DNA of 64,000 nt from Acidobacteriota bacterium (GCA_018268955.1 JAFDVO010000012.1:128215-192214); one strand, 5' to 3'. Counted from the stretch's first letter, positions 8,904 through 17,898 are shown. A program made the numbers and translations. The notes: generated by a model from the letters alone, not told the origin.

Positions 8904-9125
8904 CTAACGGAGAATCTGGCGAATGGGATCGGGCAGCAGCTTCGTGCCGAACTTCCAGCACGTCGCACACCCCTCACAGTCGTAGTAATAAATCGGGATC
9001 TGCGGCATTGACGCGGCCTGCGTCCGAAACGCACCAGACGAGATTTCTGTATCCATGTACGACAGCGTCTTCCCACACGCCGGGCATTCCGGTTCTGGCG
9101 GTCGCTGCGATGCCTCGAGCTTCAT
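8904..9125 (-). CDS. Small Cys-rich (zinc-ribbon-like) protein, 73 aa
   Basis: Strong SD (GAGGAGACGTGA-ATG). Contains CPACG...YYYDCEGCATCW (CxxC ... CxxCxxC). Arg content is lower than in shadow ORFs. Sits 40 nt upstream of the DUF2723 gene on the same strand. Confidence 0.6.
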   Translation of the reverse strand: MKLEASQRPPEPECPACGKTLSYMDTEISSGAFRTQAASMPQIPIYYYDCEGCATCWKFGTKLLPDPIRQILR

Positions 9126-9261
9126 TCACGTCTCCTCGTGACCGCAGCATATCGCGGGGGCGAGCCATCGCCACAACCTCGTCAGTAGCGCGCGCTGGCG
9201 ATTGCGTACCACAGTGTGCCTATACTGGGCTGGAGTTCGTTCGGGAACGAACCTGAGCCCT

Positions 9262-9651
9262 ATGGTTCCGTCCACCCTGTCAGTGCTCATCGTGGATGAC
9301 GACGCGGAGATGCGAGAGATGCTTCGGCAGCAGCTCGCCGTCGAGTTCACGGTGCGCGAGGCGGACTCCGGCGAGGCGGCGATCCGCAGCGCGGACGAGC
9401 AGCCGCCAGACGTGATCCTGGTCGACCTCGGCATGCCGCGCATGAACGGCGTCGAGGTGATTCGGCGGATCAAGTCGGGACCTGTCGGCGTACGCACGGC
9501 CGTCGTGGTGCTCACCGGAGACACACGCCCCACCCACTTGCACGTGGCGGCGGCCGCGGGCGCCGATGCGATCCTCTCGAAGCCGGTCGACCTCGACCTC
9601 CTCGCCGAGCACATCCGCTCAGCCGCTGCAGGCCTCGTCAGCCGGAAGTAG
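9262..9651 (+). CDS. Single-domain CheY-like response regulator receiver
   Basis: LIVDDDAEMRE, phospho-acceptor context VILVDLGMPRMNG, VVVLTGD and ILSKP: all receiver signature positions are present. There is no output domain. Start at ATG 9262 (MVPSTLSV...). Confidence 0.85.
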   Translation: MVPSTLSVLIVDDDAEMREMLRQQLAVEFTVREADSGEAAIRSADEQPPDVILVDLGMPRMNGVEVIRRIKSGPVGVRTAVVVLTGDTRPTHLHVAAAAGADAILSKPVDLDLLAEHIRSAAAGLVSRK

Positions 9652-9670
9652 ATCCACCCCGCCACCACGA

Positions 9671-10006
9671 CTACCCGCCGCGATCGGTCCACTGGCAGGT
9701 TGCGGCATCGATTGGCTGCTCGAGCGATACGCCGGCCCTGAAGAGCAAGGCGTGCGGTAGCACCTCGCTCACGTAGGCGCGCACAACGCGCCCGCGGGAC
9801 TGATGCCGACCCTGCTCCCACTCGAGGTGCAGATCGACCGCGGCCCCGGGCAGGAGCCGCGTGTGACTCTCGATCAGCACCCCGGCGGCCGACAGGTTGA
9901 CGATCCGGACCTGATGGCCTGAACGGATTCTGCCGGTCAGGCGTGGGAGGTGCACCGACGGTTCATCTGAGCGCTCAGCCGCTCGCCGCTCCACGCCCAT
10001 CAGCAT
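9671..10006 (-). CDS. PilZ-domain (c-di-GMP-binding type) protein, 111 aa
   Basis: Both PilZ motifs are present: RRAAER (RRxxxR) and NLSAAG (D/NxSxxG). The start ATG overlaps the stop of the upstream pseudopilin gene (ATGA at 10004-10008). The rest of the 486-aa track ORF is a shadow. Confidence 0.8.
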   Translation of the reverse strand: MLMGVERRAAERSDEPSVHLPRLTGRIRSGHQVRIVNLSAAGVLIESHTRLLPGAAVDLHLEWEQGRHQSRGRVVRAYVSEVLPHALLFRAGVSLEQPIDAATCQWTDRGG

Positions 10007-10578
10007 CACCGTGCGATCCAGGCGCGGGTGCGGGGATTCCACGTGAGCATGCGCGTGCGTCCCGTCTCGCCGTAGACCCGCACCACGAACTGCAGTTGTC
10101 GGCTGCCGAGCACATACAGGCTGCCTGGCGTCGCCGTGCCCAGGGGCGTGAACGTGATCCCGCTCCCTGCGCCGACGCGGACGGGGTTCGCCCCTGGAGC
10201 CACGCCGCCGTCCGCGCCTGGCAATCCCGGAAGCGCACCGAAGTCGACCCCCGGGAACTGCTCCGGAATCCGTTCGATGGGGCCGACCTGGGCGTCCGTG
10301 CCACTGCGGATGTCGGCGGCCGTAACGCCGTTGCCATTCCCGTCCTCGAACACCCCGAGCGCGTAGCCCCGTCCATCGAGTGTGATGCGAACGGCCGTCG
10401 CTCGGTTGCGCGCGATGGCCCTGGCACGCGCCTGCTGCAGTCGCGCCATCACGTGTCGTGCGGCGCTCCCAGCCCGGATGGCGTCCATTGTGGCGTTCAA
10501 TTGGGCCACGCCGGTGGAAGCGAGCGTGGCGGCGACACCGAGCACGAAAACCAATTCGATCAGCGAGTACGCCGCCAC
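10006..10578 (-). CDS. Type IV pilin-like minor pilin / pseudopilin, FimT-GspH family
   Basis: N-terminal YSLIELVFVLGVAATLA is the class III signal/methylation motif with E at +5. It is followed by a GspH-like body (AARHVMARLQQARARAIARNRATAVRITLDG...). GTG start with an in-frame TGA two codons upstream. Confidence 0.75.
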   Translation of the reverse strand: MAAYSLIELVFVLGVAATLASTGVAQLNATMDAIRAGSAARHVMARLQQARARAIARNRATAVRITLDGRGYALGVFEDGNGNGVTAADIRSGTDAQVGPIERIPEQFPGVDFGALPGLPGADGGVAPGANPVRVGAGSGITFTPLGTATPGSLYVLGSRQLQFVVRVYGETGRTRMLTWNPRTRAWIAR

Positions 10579-10584
10579 GGCCCG

Positions 10585-10917
10585 TCACTGCTGCGCGGGG
10601 GCGGGCGACCCGCCGACGGTGAGCTGCGCCTTCAGCTTGAGGAAGCTCTTCTCCCCAATCCCCTGGACGTTCATCAACTCCTCCACCTTCTTGAACGGCC
10701 CCTTCTTTGTCCGGTAGTCGACGATGCGCGCGGCCACTTTGGCGCCGATGCCGGGAAGCTGTTCCAGGTCCGCGGCTGTGGCGGTATTCAGGTTCACGAC
10801 GACGCCGGCCTTGGCGGCGGCAGCCGTGTCTCCTTTGGCGCGGCTCTGGGCCTTCGCCAGCGACGGGGTCACGAGCATCGAGACGACGAGCAGGGCGAAC
10901 GAACAGATGCGGATCAT
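10585..10917 (-). CDS. comEA: ComEA-family helix-hairpin-helix DNA-binding protein (secreted/anchored)
   Basis: Signal/anchor MIRICSFALLVVSML, then VNLNTATAADLEQLPGIGAKVAARIVDYRTKKGPFKKVEELMNVQGIGEKSFLKLK, the classic ComEA HhH module. Confidence 0.9.
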   Translation of the reverse strand: MIRICSFALLVVSMLVTPSLAKAQSRAKGDTAAAAKAGVVVNLNTATAADLEQLPGIGAKVAARIVDYRTKKGPFKKVEELMNVQGIGEKSFLKLKAQLTVGGSPAPAQQ

Positions 10918-11361
10918 GGGAGTCCTCCTGTGACTCGGAAAGACCCGGGGCGCGACGGTCCCATGCTCGGGAGGTCGGGCCCTGCGCTGGGTTCACATGA
11001 CGCCGGCCCGGGTCGCCCCATCGCAGGGCAAGCCAGTCGCCACGTCCCCGTGCCACGCACCTTGTCGCCGTAACTCGCTGACTCGTCTCGCGCACGTCCT
11101 CACGGGCGCGTCGCGCGCCGCGCGCAGGCACTGGCCACTGCGGCGATTTCGTCAGCGGCGGTTGTCACCTGCGCCGGCGGCTGAAGGCGCCGGTACTGAC
11201 CACGTCCTCGTGGATGCGCTGCGGAACACGGCCCCGGCCCATGGCTCTGCACGGAGCAACAGGCGTTACCGCCCGGCGTGTTCAGCAGCACGCGCGACCG
11301 CCGTGAGGCTGTTCGACCGACAGGAACCCGCGTATCGTAGGCAGCACGTCCCGGAGTCCAC

Positions 11362-12567
11362 ATGCCCCGCAACATCGTCATCTGCTTCGACGGCACCAAC
11401 AACCAGTTCGGCCCCGAGAACACCAGCGTCGTGCGCGTCGCGCAGATCATCGACCGCGATCCCGTGACGCAGCGCCTGTACTACGACCCGGGTGTCGGCA
11501 CGTTGGCGGAACCCGGTGTGTCGAGTCAGGTTGGCGGATGGCTGTCGAAGGTGGCAGGGCTCGCGTTCGGCCGCGGCCTCTCCTGGAAGGTGCAGGAGGC
11601 CTACGGGTACCTGATGGACTTCTGGGAACCCGGGGACAGCGTGTTCGTGTTCGGGTTCAGCCGCGGCGCCTACAGCGCGCGCGTGCTGGCGGGCCTGCTC
11701 CACGCGCTCGGACTCCTGCCCCGCGGAAACCAGAACCTCGTCCCGTATGTGATGCGGTTGTACGGCGCCATGCGTGACGAGCGGCGGCAAGGCAGCCGTG
11801 GGAGTTCGGCCCCCGACGCGATGTCGTGGACCGAGCTGTGTGCTGCGTTCAGGTGGTCGTTTGCCCGGGTAGTGCCCGACGATCCTGAGGACCAGCGGCA
11901 CTTCCCGGTCCACTACCTGGGCGTGTGGGACACGGTCGCCTCGGTCGGATGGGCCTGGGATCCGGTGAAGTACCCGTTCACCGCCCGCAACCCCAGCGTG
12001 CGGCACGTGCGTCACGGCCTGGCGATCGACGAGCGACGGTGGTTCTTCCGGGAGAACCGGATGTACCCGGCAGAGGGCCAGCGGTTCGAGCAACGCTGGT
12101 TTCCAGGTGTCCACTCGGACATCGGCGGCGGGTATCCGGTGCAGGACGGTGGCCTCTGGCGTGGGCCGTTCGAGTGGCTCATCGACGGTGCCCTCAGTGC
12201 GGGGCTGAGGCTGGATCCGGCGCGCCGCGAGAAGGTCGCCCCGTCACCCCCGCCACAGACGACCTGCCTCGAACGCAAGCACGAATCGCTGGTAGGGAGC
12301 TGGTGGCTGGCCGAGTACTTCCCGAAACAGCGGTGGAGCCCGGAACGCCGACGCGAGGAATGGGCCGTTGGCGCAGGACGCTACCGCTCAATCCGGCCAG
12401 GCGACCTCCTCGATGAAGGCGCACTCATCCGGCTCCGCGACGATCCGACGTACCGACCGAAGAACCTCGACCCGCGGTTCGTGTCGTTCGTCAGGGCCCT
12501 GCCGGTGGTGACCGGGCCGCTCCCCTACGCCCCGGCTGCGCCGGCCACGGCCGAGGTTGCGGTCTGA
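11362..12567 (+). CDS. DUF2235 alpha/beta-hydrolase (Tle1-like fold family)
   Basis: N-terminus NIVICFDGTNNQF...TSVVRV...QRLYYDPGVGT and nucleophile elbow VFGFSRGAYSARVLAGLL are typical of DUF2235. Confidence 0.8.
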   Translation: MPRNIVICFDGTNNQFGPENTSVVRVAQIIDRDPVTQRLYYDPGVGTLAEPGVSSQVGGWLSKVAGLAFGRGLSWKVQEAYGYLMDFWEPGDSVFVFGFSRGAYSARVLAGLLHALGLLPRGNQNLVPYVMRLYGAMRDERRQGSRGSSAPDAMSWTELCAAFRWSFARVVPDDPEDQRHFPVHYLGVWDTVASVGWAWDPVKYPFTARNPSVRHVRHGLAIDERRWFFRENRMYPAEGQRFEQRWFPGVHSDIGGGYPVQDGGLWRGPFEWLIDGALSAGLRLDPARREKVAPSPPPQTTCLERKHESLVGSWWLAEYFPKQRWSPERRREEWAVGAGRYRSIRPGDLLDEGALIRLRDDPTYRPKNLDPRFVSFVRALPVVTGPLPYAPAAPATAEVAV

Positions 12568-12679
12568 GCCACCCGGAGGCGCCGGTTCGGCGTCTTAATA
12601 GCGCGGGCGCATGCGCGCCCGGCGTTGTACCCTGAAATACCCGCAGATGTCCTGCGACTCGCCTCAGCGCCGCATGTTC

Positions 12680-15538
12680 ATGAACACACGCATCCGCGCC
12701 CGGTTCTTCACGCTGTTCGCCCTTGCCACGCTGGCCATTCCCGCTGCCGCCCAGCCCCCATCGTCGGCATCCCCGGCGGCTCGCGCGATGCAGGACCCGC
12801 CGACTGCCGTCATCGAGGTGACGCCGGAGGTGCGAACAGGACGCCTGTCGAACGGCCTGCAGTACTTCGTGCGGGCGAATGGCACGCCGAAGGGGCGGGC
12901 TGAGCTGCGACTTGTCGTGAACGCGGGCTCGGTGCTCGAGGATGACAACCAGCGCGGGCTCGCGCACTTCGTCGAGCACATGGCCTTCAACGGCACGGTG
13001 AACTTCCCGGGGAGCGAGATCCCGGCGTTCATCCAGCGGCTCGGCATGCGGTTCGGCGCGCACGTCAACGCGCACACCGGGTTCGACGAGACGGTCTACC
13101 AGCTCCAGATTCCGACGGACAACGTCGCCACGATCGACCGCTCGATCCTCATCATGGAGGACTGGGCGCACAACGTGACCTTCGATCGAGAGGAGGTCGA
13201 GAAGGAGCGCGGCGTCGTGCTCGAGGAATGGCGGCTTGGACTGGGTGCCGAGTCGCGCGTGCGCGACGCGCAGATGCCGGTGCTGCTGAAGGGGGCGCGC
13301 TACGCGGAGCGATCGCCCATTGGTCGGCCCGAAATCCTCCAGGACGTCACGCCCGAGCGGCTGCGGCAGTTCTACAGCGATTGGTATCGACCGGACCTCA
13401 TGGCGGTGATTGCGGTCGGCGACTTCGACGCGGCCCTCATCGAGCGGATGATCGTGAGTCACTTCCGGGACATCCCGCGCCCGACTACCGCGAAGCCGCG
13501 GCCGCTCTTCACGGTCCCGGCCCACGGCGAGACGTTGTATTCCCTCGTCTCCGACCGCGAGGCGCGCGGCACGACGGTGAACATCTACAGCATCAAGCCG
13601 GCGGGCGACCAGCGCACGGTCGGCACGTACCGACAGCAGATGGTCGAGCGGCTCTTCTCGCGGATGCTGTCTGCACGCTTCGATGAGGTGGCGCACGGGC
13701 CCAACCCACCGTTCCTGGCGGCAGAGACGAATCGCGGCCTTCTGGTCCGCAGCGCGGTGGCCACCAACGTCGTGGCGCTCGTGCCTGATGGCGGGGCCGA
13801 ACGCGGGCTGGCCGCGCTCATCACCGAAGTTCAGCGCGTGGTCCAGCACGGCTTCACGCAGACGGAGCTGGACCGGGAAAAGAGCGACAGCCTGCACTAC
13901 CTCGATGAGGCGCTGGCCGACAAGGACAAGAGCCCGTCGGGGCCCCTCGCGGATGAATTGGTCCGCCACGTTATCCAGGACGAGCCGGTCCCCGGCATCG
14001 TCTACGAGCAGGCGATGGCCCAGCGGTTCCTGCCGGGCATCTCGCTCGCCGAGGTGAACGCACTCGCCAGGGAGTGGATCCCCGAGAGCGACCGGGTCAT
14101 TGCGGTGACGGCACCCGAACGGCCAGGCCTGGCCCTGCCGAGCCAGGCCCGTCTCGCCTCGGTGATCTTCACGGCCAGCAACGCCAAGGTCGACGCCTAT
14201 GTGGACCGCGTCAGTTCGCAGCCTCTCCTGGCGCAGGCCCCGACGCCAGGTCGCGTCGTGCGCGAGTCGGCCCGCGCGGATGTTGGCGTCACCGAGTGGC
14301 AGCTCTCCAACGGCGCGCGCGTCGTCCTCAAGCCGACGACGCTGAAGGAGGACGAGATCCTGTTCCGTGCCTACAGCCCCGGCGGCACCTCGATGGCGAG
14401 CGATCAGGATCTGGTGCCCGCGGAGACCGCCGACGAGGTGGTCAGCGAGGGCGGGCTCGGCGCCTTCTCCCGGATCGACCTGAACAAGCTGCTGGCGGGC
14501 GCCACGACCGCGGTGCGCGCGGACATCGGCGAGAACGAGGAAGGCATGCGGGGCGGCTCGGCGAAGAAGGACGTCGAGCGCATGTTCCAGTTGATCTACC
14601 TGAACTTCACGGCACCCCGGGCGGACGCCGCGCAGTTCGACGCCTTGAAGTCGCGGTTGCGGACGATGCTGGCGAACCAGCAGGCGTTGCCGGACGCCGC
14701 ATTCCGAGCGGCCCTGACGTCCGCGTTGACGCAGGATAACCCGCGGGCGCGTCCGCTCACGCCAGCGGAGATCGACCAGATGAACCTCGAGCGGTCACTC
14801 GCCTTCTACAGGAACCGCTTCGCCGATGCGAGCGACTTCACCTTCGTCTTCGTCGGCAGCTTCGACACCGCCACGATGCGACCGCTCGTCGAGAAGTATC
14901 TGGCGAGCCTCCCGGCGCTGCAGCGCGCGGAACGTCCGGTCGACCGCGGCATCCGTCCTCCCGCGTCGGTCGTCGAACGGCAGGTCGTCAAGGGCGTGGA
15001 TCCCCGCAGCCAGGTCGCGATCGTGTTCAGCGGCGGATTCGAGAACACGCCTCTCAATCGTCTCCTGATCAAGACCATGGGCGAAATGCTCGGTGGCAAC
15101 CTGCACCACGTGCTGCGCGAGGAACTGGGTGGCACCTACGGCGTCAACGTGGACTCGCAGTTCGAGAAGACGCCCACGCAGCAGTACCGCATCTCCATCG
15201 GCTTCAGCTGCGATCCCGCCCGCCTCAAGGAGCTGACCGATGCGGCGTGGGCCGAGATTCGAGCGTTCGCGGAACGGGGTCCCTCGGCAGACTATCTCGC
15301 TGGCGTGCGCCGGCAGATGGACCGCGAGCTGGAGACCGGCTATCAGGAGAACGCGGACCTGCTCAATGACCTGATGGACGCGATCGAGAACGGCGAAGAT
15401 GTCGGGACCGTGTTCAACCAGCGCGCGCTGTTCGATCAGATGACCGTCGCCGGCCTCCGCGCCGCCGCGCGCCAGTTCCTGGACATGTCCAAGTACGTCC
15501 AGGTCACGCTCCGGCCAGAGGCGAATGGTCCGAAGTGA
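12680..15538 (+). CDS. M16 (pitrilysin/insulinase) family zinc peptidase, fused active+inactive halves, secreted
   Basis: Signal peptide MNTRIRARFFTLFALATLAIPAAAQ and zinc motif HFVEHMAFNG (HxxEH). ~950 aa with two M16-like halves. Start at ATG 12680 (alternative 12674); the track ORF starts at 12611. Confidence 0.9.
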   Translation: MNTRIRARFFTLFALATLAIPAAAQPPSSASPAARAMQDPPTAVIEVTPEVRTGRLSNGLQYFVRANGTPKGRAELRLVVNAGSVLEDDNQRGLAHFVEHMAFNGTVNFPGSEIPAFIQRLGMRFGAHVNAHTGFDETVYQLQIPTDNVATIDRSILIMEDWAHNVTFDREEVEKERGVVLEEWRLGLGAESRVRDAQMPVLLKGARYAERSPIGRPEILQDVTPERLRQFYSDWYRPDLMAVIAVGDFDAALIERMIVSHFRDIPRPTTAKPRPLFTVPAHGETLYSLVSDREARGTTVNIYSIKPAGDQRTVGTYRQQMVERLFSRMLSARFDEVAHGPNPPFLAAETNRGLLVRSAVATNVVALVPDGGAERGLAALITEVQRVVQHGFTQTELDREKSDSLHYLDEALADKDKSPSGPLADELVRHVIQDEPVPGIVYEQAMAQRFLPGISLAEVNALAREWIPESDRVIAVTAPERPGLALPSQARLASVIFTASNAKVDAYVDRVSSQPLLAQAPTPGRVVRESARADVGVTEWQLSNGARVVLKPTTLKEDEILFRAYSPGGTSMASDQDLVPAETADEVVSEGGLGAFSRIDLNKLLAGATTAVRADIGENEEGMRGGSAKKDVERMFQLIYLNFTAPRADAAQFDALKSRLRTMLANQQALPDAAFRAALTSALTQDNPRARPLTPAEIDQMNLERSLAFYRNRFADASDFTFVFVGSFDTATMRPLVEKYLASLPALQRAERPVDRGIRPPASVVERQVVKGVDPRSQVAIVFSGGFENTPLNRLLIKTMGEMLGGNLHHVLREELGGTYGVNVDSQFEKTPTQQYRISIGFSCDPARLKELTDAAWAEIRAFAERGPSADYLAGVRRQMDRELETGYQENADLLNDLMDAIENGEDVGTVFNQRALFDQMTVAGLRAAARQFLDMSKYVQVTLRPEANGPK

Positions 15539-15580
15539 GCACTCCGGACATGCGGCGTCAGACGCTCTGGATTTGACGTC

Positions 15581-16357
15581 TCACTTCTGACGTCCGAGCG
15601 AGAGCACGGCCGGCAGGTTCTGATACAGGATGAACGCGGCGATGCACACGAGGAACAGCGCGAAGCCGCGCCGCAGCTTGTCCTGCGACACGTAGCGATG
15701 GGCCCACGTGCCGGTCCAGATCCCCGGGAGGGTGCCAGCGGTGACCAGGGCCATCGGCACCCACGCGAAATGGGCGCGACCGAGGTAGCTGGAGAATCCG
15801 ACCGCCGAGTTCCACGCAATCACCGCCAGTGACGTGCCCACGGCCGTTCGCATGGATACGCCCAGCAGCACGAGCGCGGGCACGATCAGGAACCCGCCTC
15901 CCACACCCACCAGCCCGGTCAACACGCCCACCGCGAGCGCTTCACCGACGACGAGCGCCAGCGGCATCGACCGGGGCGCCTGTTCCCCCGCTGCAGCGAC
16001 GTCTCGCCGTCCGCGGAACATGAACACCGCGGCCGCGAGCATCACCACCCCGAAGATGGCGAGTTGCAGCGCGCCAGAGACGTACGCGGCGAGCCTCGCG
16101 CCCGCCCATGTTCCGCCGGTCGCAGCGCCGCCGAACAACGCGGCGGTCCGCAGGTCGACGTTGCCCCGGCCGTAGTGGCCGAACGCGCCGACGACGCTCG
16201 TCACGCCGACCACGGCGAGGCTCATGGCGACGGCGTCCTTCGGCGGGAATCCAAGGACGTACACGAAGATCGGGACGGTCAGAATGGACCCCCCGCCGCC
16301 GAGCAGCCCGAGTGCGGCGCCGATGACGAACCCGAGCAGGACGGCAGTGAGGGTCAT
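15581..16357 (-). CDS. TauE/SafE (TSUP) family sulfite/organosulfur exporter
   Basis: 258 aa, about 8 TM. LLGGGGSILTVPIFVYVLGFPPKDAVAMSL and a second half LVGVGGGFLIVPALVLL give the characteristic duplicated TSUP motif. Confidence 0.85.
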   Translation of the reverse strand: MTLTAVLLGFVIGAALGLLGGGGSILTVPIFVYVLGFPPKDAVAMSLAVVGVTSVVGAFGHYGRGNVDLRTAALFGGAATGGTWAGARLAAYVSGALQLAIFGVVMLAAAVFMFRGRRDVAAAGEQAPRSMPLALVVGEALAVGVLTGLVGVGGGFLIVPALVLLGVSMRTAVGTSLAVIAWNSAVGFSSYLGRAHFAWVPMALVTAGTLPGIWTGTWAHRYVSQDKLRRGFALFLVCIAAFILYQNLPAVLSLGRQK

Positions 16358-16384
16358 CGGCGGAGTGTGGCGTGGTGTCGTGGT

Positions 16385-17818
16385 CTACGACGCCGAGGCT
16401 GCGGCCGTCGGCGCCTGATGGTAGTGCGCGAACTCGTCGTTCACGTCCACCGCCTCGATCCCGAGCCGTTGGAGGAGCGACACGGCCGCGGCTGCCCGCG
16501 CCCCACTGCGGCAGTGGACCAGGATGGGCCTGTTCGTCGGCAGCTCACGGTGCCGCTGCAGCAGCCGCGTGTGCGGGATGTGGAGGGCACCGGGCACGTG
16601 GCCCGCTTCGAACTCAGCGGTGCCGCGCACGTCGAGCACCACCCCGCGCCCGCTGGACCGCCACGCTTCGAGTGCGGCCATGTCGACGGTTGGCGTGGTG
16701 GCGAGGCCGCCGCCAGCTGCGGCCCACGCCTCGAGGGCGTCGGGCGTGACATAGCCGCGAACATGATCGATGCCCACCCGCACCAGTCCGCGCACGGCGA
16801 GGTCGAGCCGCTCGCGCTCGACGACGAGCACGACGGGACGATCGGGATCCGCGTACGATCCCGCAATCGCCGAGAACTGGTAGTCCAGGTCCGACAGGAT
16901 CGACCCACGGATGTGGCCGGCGAAGAAGGCCTGCCGCGTCCGCGTGTCCAGCACCGTGACGTCGAGGTTGCGATCGAGGCTCGCAATGGCATCGCCCACG
17001 ATGGCCTCCGGCTTCGGCAGTTCGCGCAGAACGGCGGGCCCCCGGCGGTTCGTGTGCTTCATGCGTGCGAAGTAGGCTGGCGGCTCTGGCTGACCCGCCA
17101 GGATGAACTCGACGAAGTGGTCCTCGGAGTCGGTCGCGCGGATGGACGGGTTGGTCCGCAGCTCATAACCGACCGTGGACGTCGGCACGTCCCCCAGCGA
17201 CTTGCCGCAGGCGCTCCCGGCCCCGTGCGCAGGCCACACCTGCAGGAACTCGGGCAACTGCTTGAAGACCCGATCGATCGAGCCGAACTGGGCCCGCGCG
17301 GACGGCACCATGACGCCAGCGACTCCCGCCGCGCGCTCGAGCAGGTCCGGTCGTCCGACGTCGCCGACGAACACGAAATCGCCGCTGGCCAGCGCGATGG
17401 GGACCGTCGCGCCCGAGCCGGCATCCCGAACGAGGTAGCTCAGGTGCTCGGGCGTGTGCCCCGGCGTGTGCACGGCGGTGAACTCGATGTTGCCGACCAT
17501 GAAGGTGTCGCCCTCACCCAGCAGCCGATGTCGGTAGCTCGAACCGAGGAGCCACTCGTACTGCCAGTCCGACCCGCCCTCCTTCGAGGCGTAGACGAGC
17601 ACGTCGCGCTCGGCCATCTCCCGCAGCCCGGTCACGTAGTCCGCATGGATGTGCGTGTCCACAGCCGCGACGATGCGCAGGTGGTGGCGGGCCGCCTCGG
17701 CGAAGTAGCGATCGACGTCCCGCTCGGGGTCGATCACGATGGCCTCACCTGTGCGGGGGCAACCGACGAGGTACGCGAACTGGGCAAGCCCCGGGTCGGC
17801 GATCTGCCGGACGAGCAT
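16385..17818 (-). CDS. MBL-fold persulfide-dioxygenase-like domain fused to two rhodanese domains
   Basis: N-terminal MBL motif AVDTHIHADYVTG..VHTPGHTPEH. The C-terminal rhodanese has active-site loop LVHCRSGARAA. 27 nt upstream of the TauE gene on the same strand. Confidence 0.85.
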   Translation of the reverse strand: MLVRQIADPGLAQFAYLVGCPRTGEAIVIDPERDVDRYFAEAARHHLRIVAAVDTHIHADYVTGLREMAERDVLVYASKEGGSDWQYEWLLGSSYRHRLLGEGDTFMVGNIEFTAVHTPGHTPEHLSYLVRDAGSGATVPIALASGDFVFVGDVGRPDLLERAAGVAGVMVPSARAQFGSIDRVFKQLPEFLQVWPAHGAGSACGKSLGDVPTSTVGYELRTNPSIRATDSEDHFVEFILAGQPEPPAYFARMKHTNRRGPAVLRELPKPEAIVGDAIASLDRNLDVTVLDTRTRQAFFAGHIRGSILSDLDYQFSAIAGSYADPDRPVVLVVERERLDLAVRGLVRVGIDHVRGYVTPDALEAWAAAGGGLATTPTVDMAALEAWRSSGRGVVLDVRGTAEFEAGHVPGALHIPHTRLLQRHRELPTNRPILVHCRSGARAAAAVSLLQRLGIEAVDVNDEFAHYHQAPTAAASAS

Positions 17819-17898
17819 GGATGTCCTCCGCTCTACGGATGCACGAACGGGCGGTCCGGTGACAGCGTTCCGGCGTCAGACGTCAGAACAGCCGGGCC

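Noticed and set aside
11051-11066. TGCCAC-N5-TTGTC in the comEA / DUF2235 spacer as a sigma-54 promoter
   Set aside because: The -24 GG is replaced by GC and the -12 GC by GT. It also lies ~300 nt from the nearest downstream start.
9671-11131. 486-aa minus-strand ORF spanning the pilZ, pilin and comEA region
   Set aside because: Only its last 111 codons form a real gene (PilZ). Upstream of that it overlaps the FimT-like and ComEA genes in another frame, with Arg/Gly/Pro-rich nonsense.
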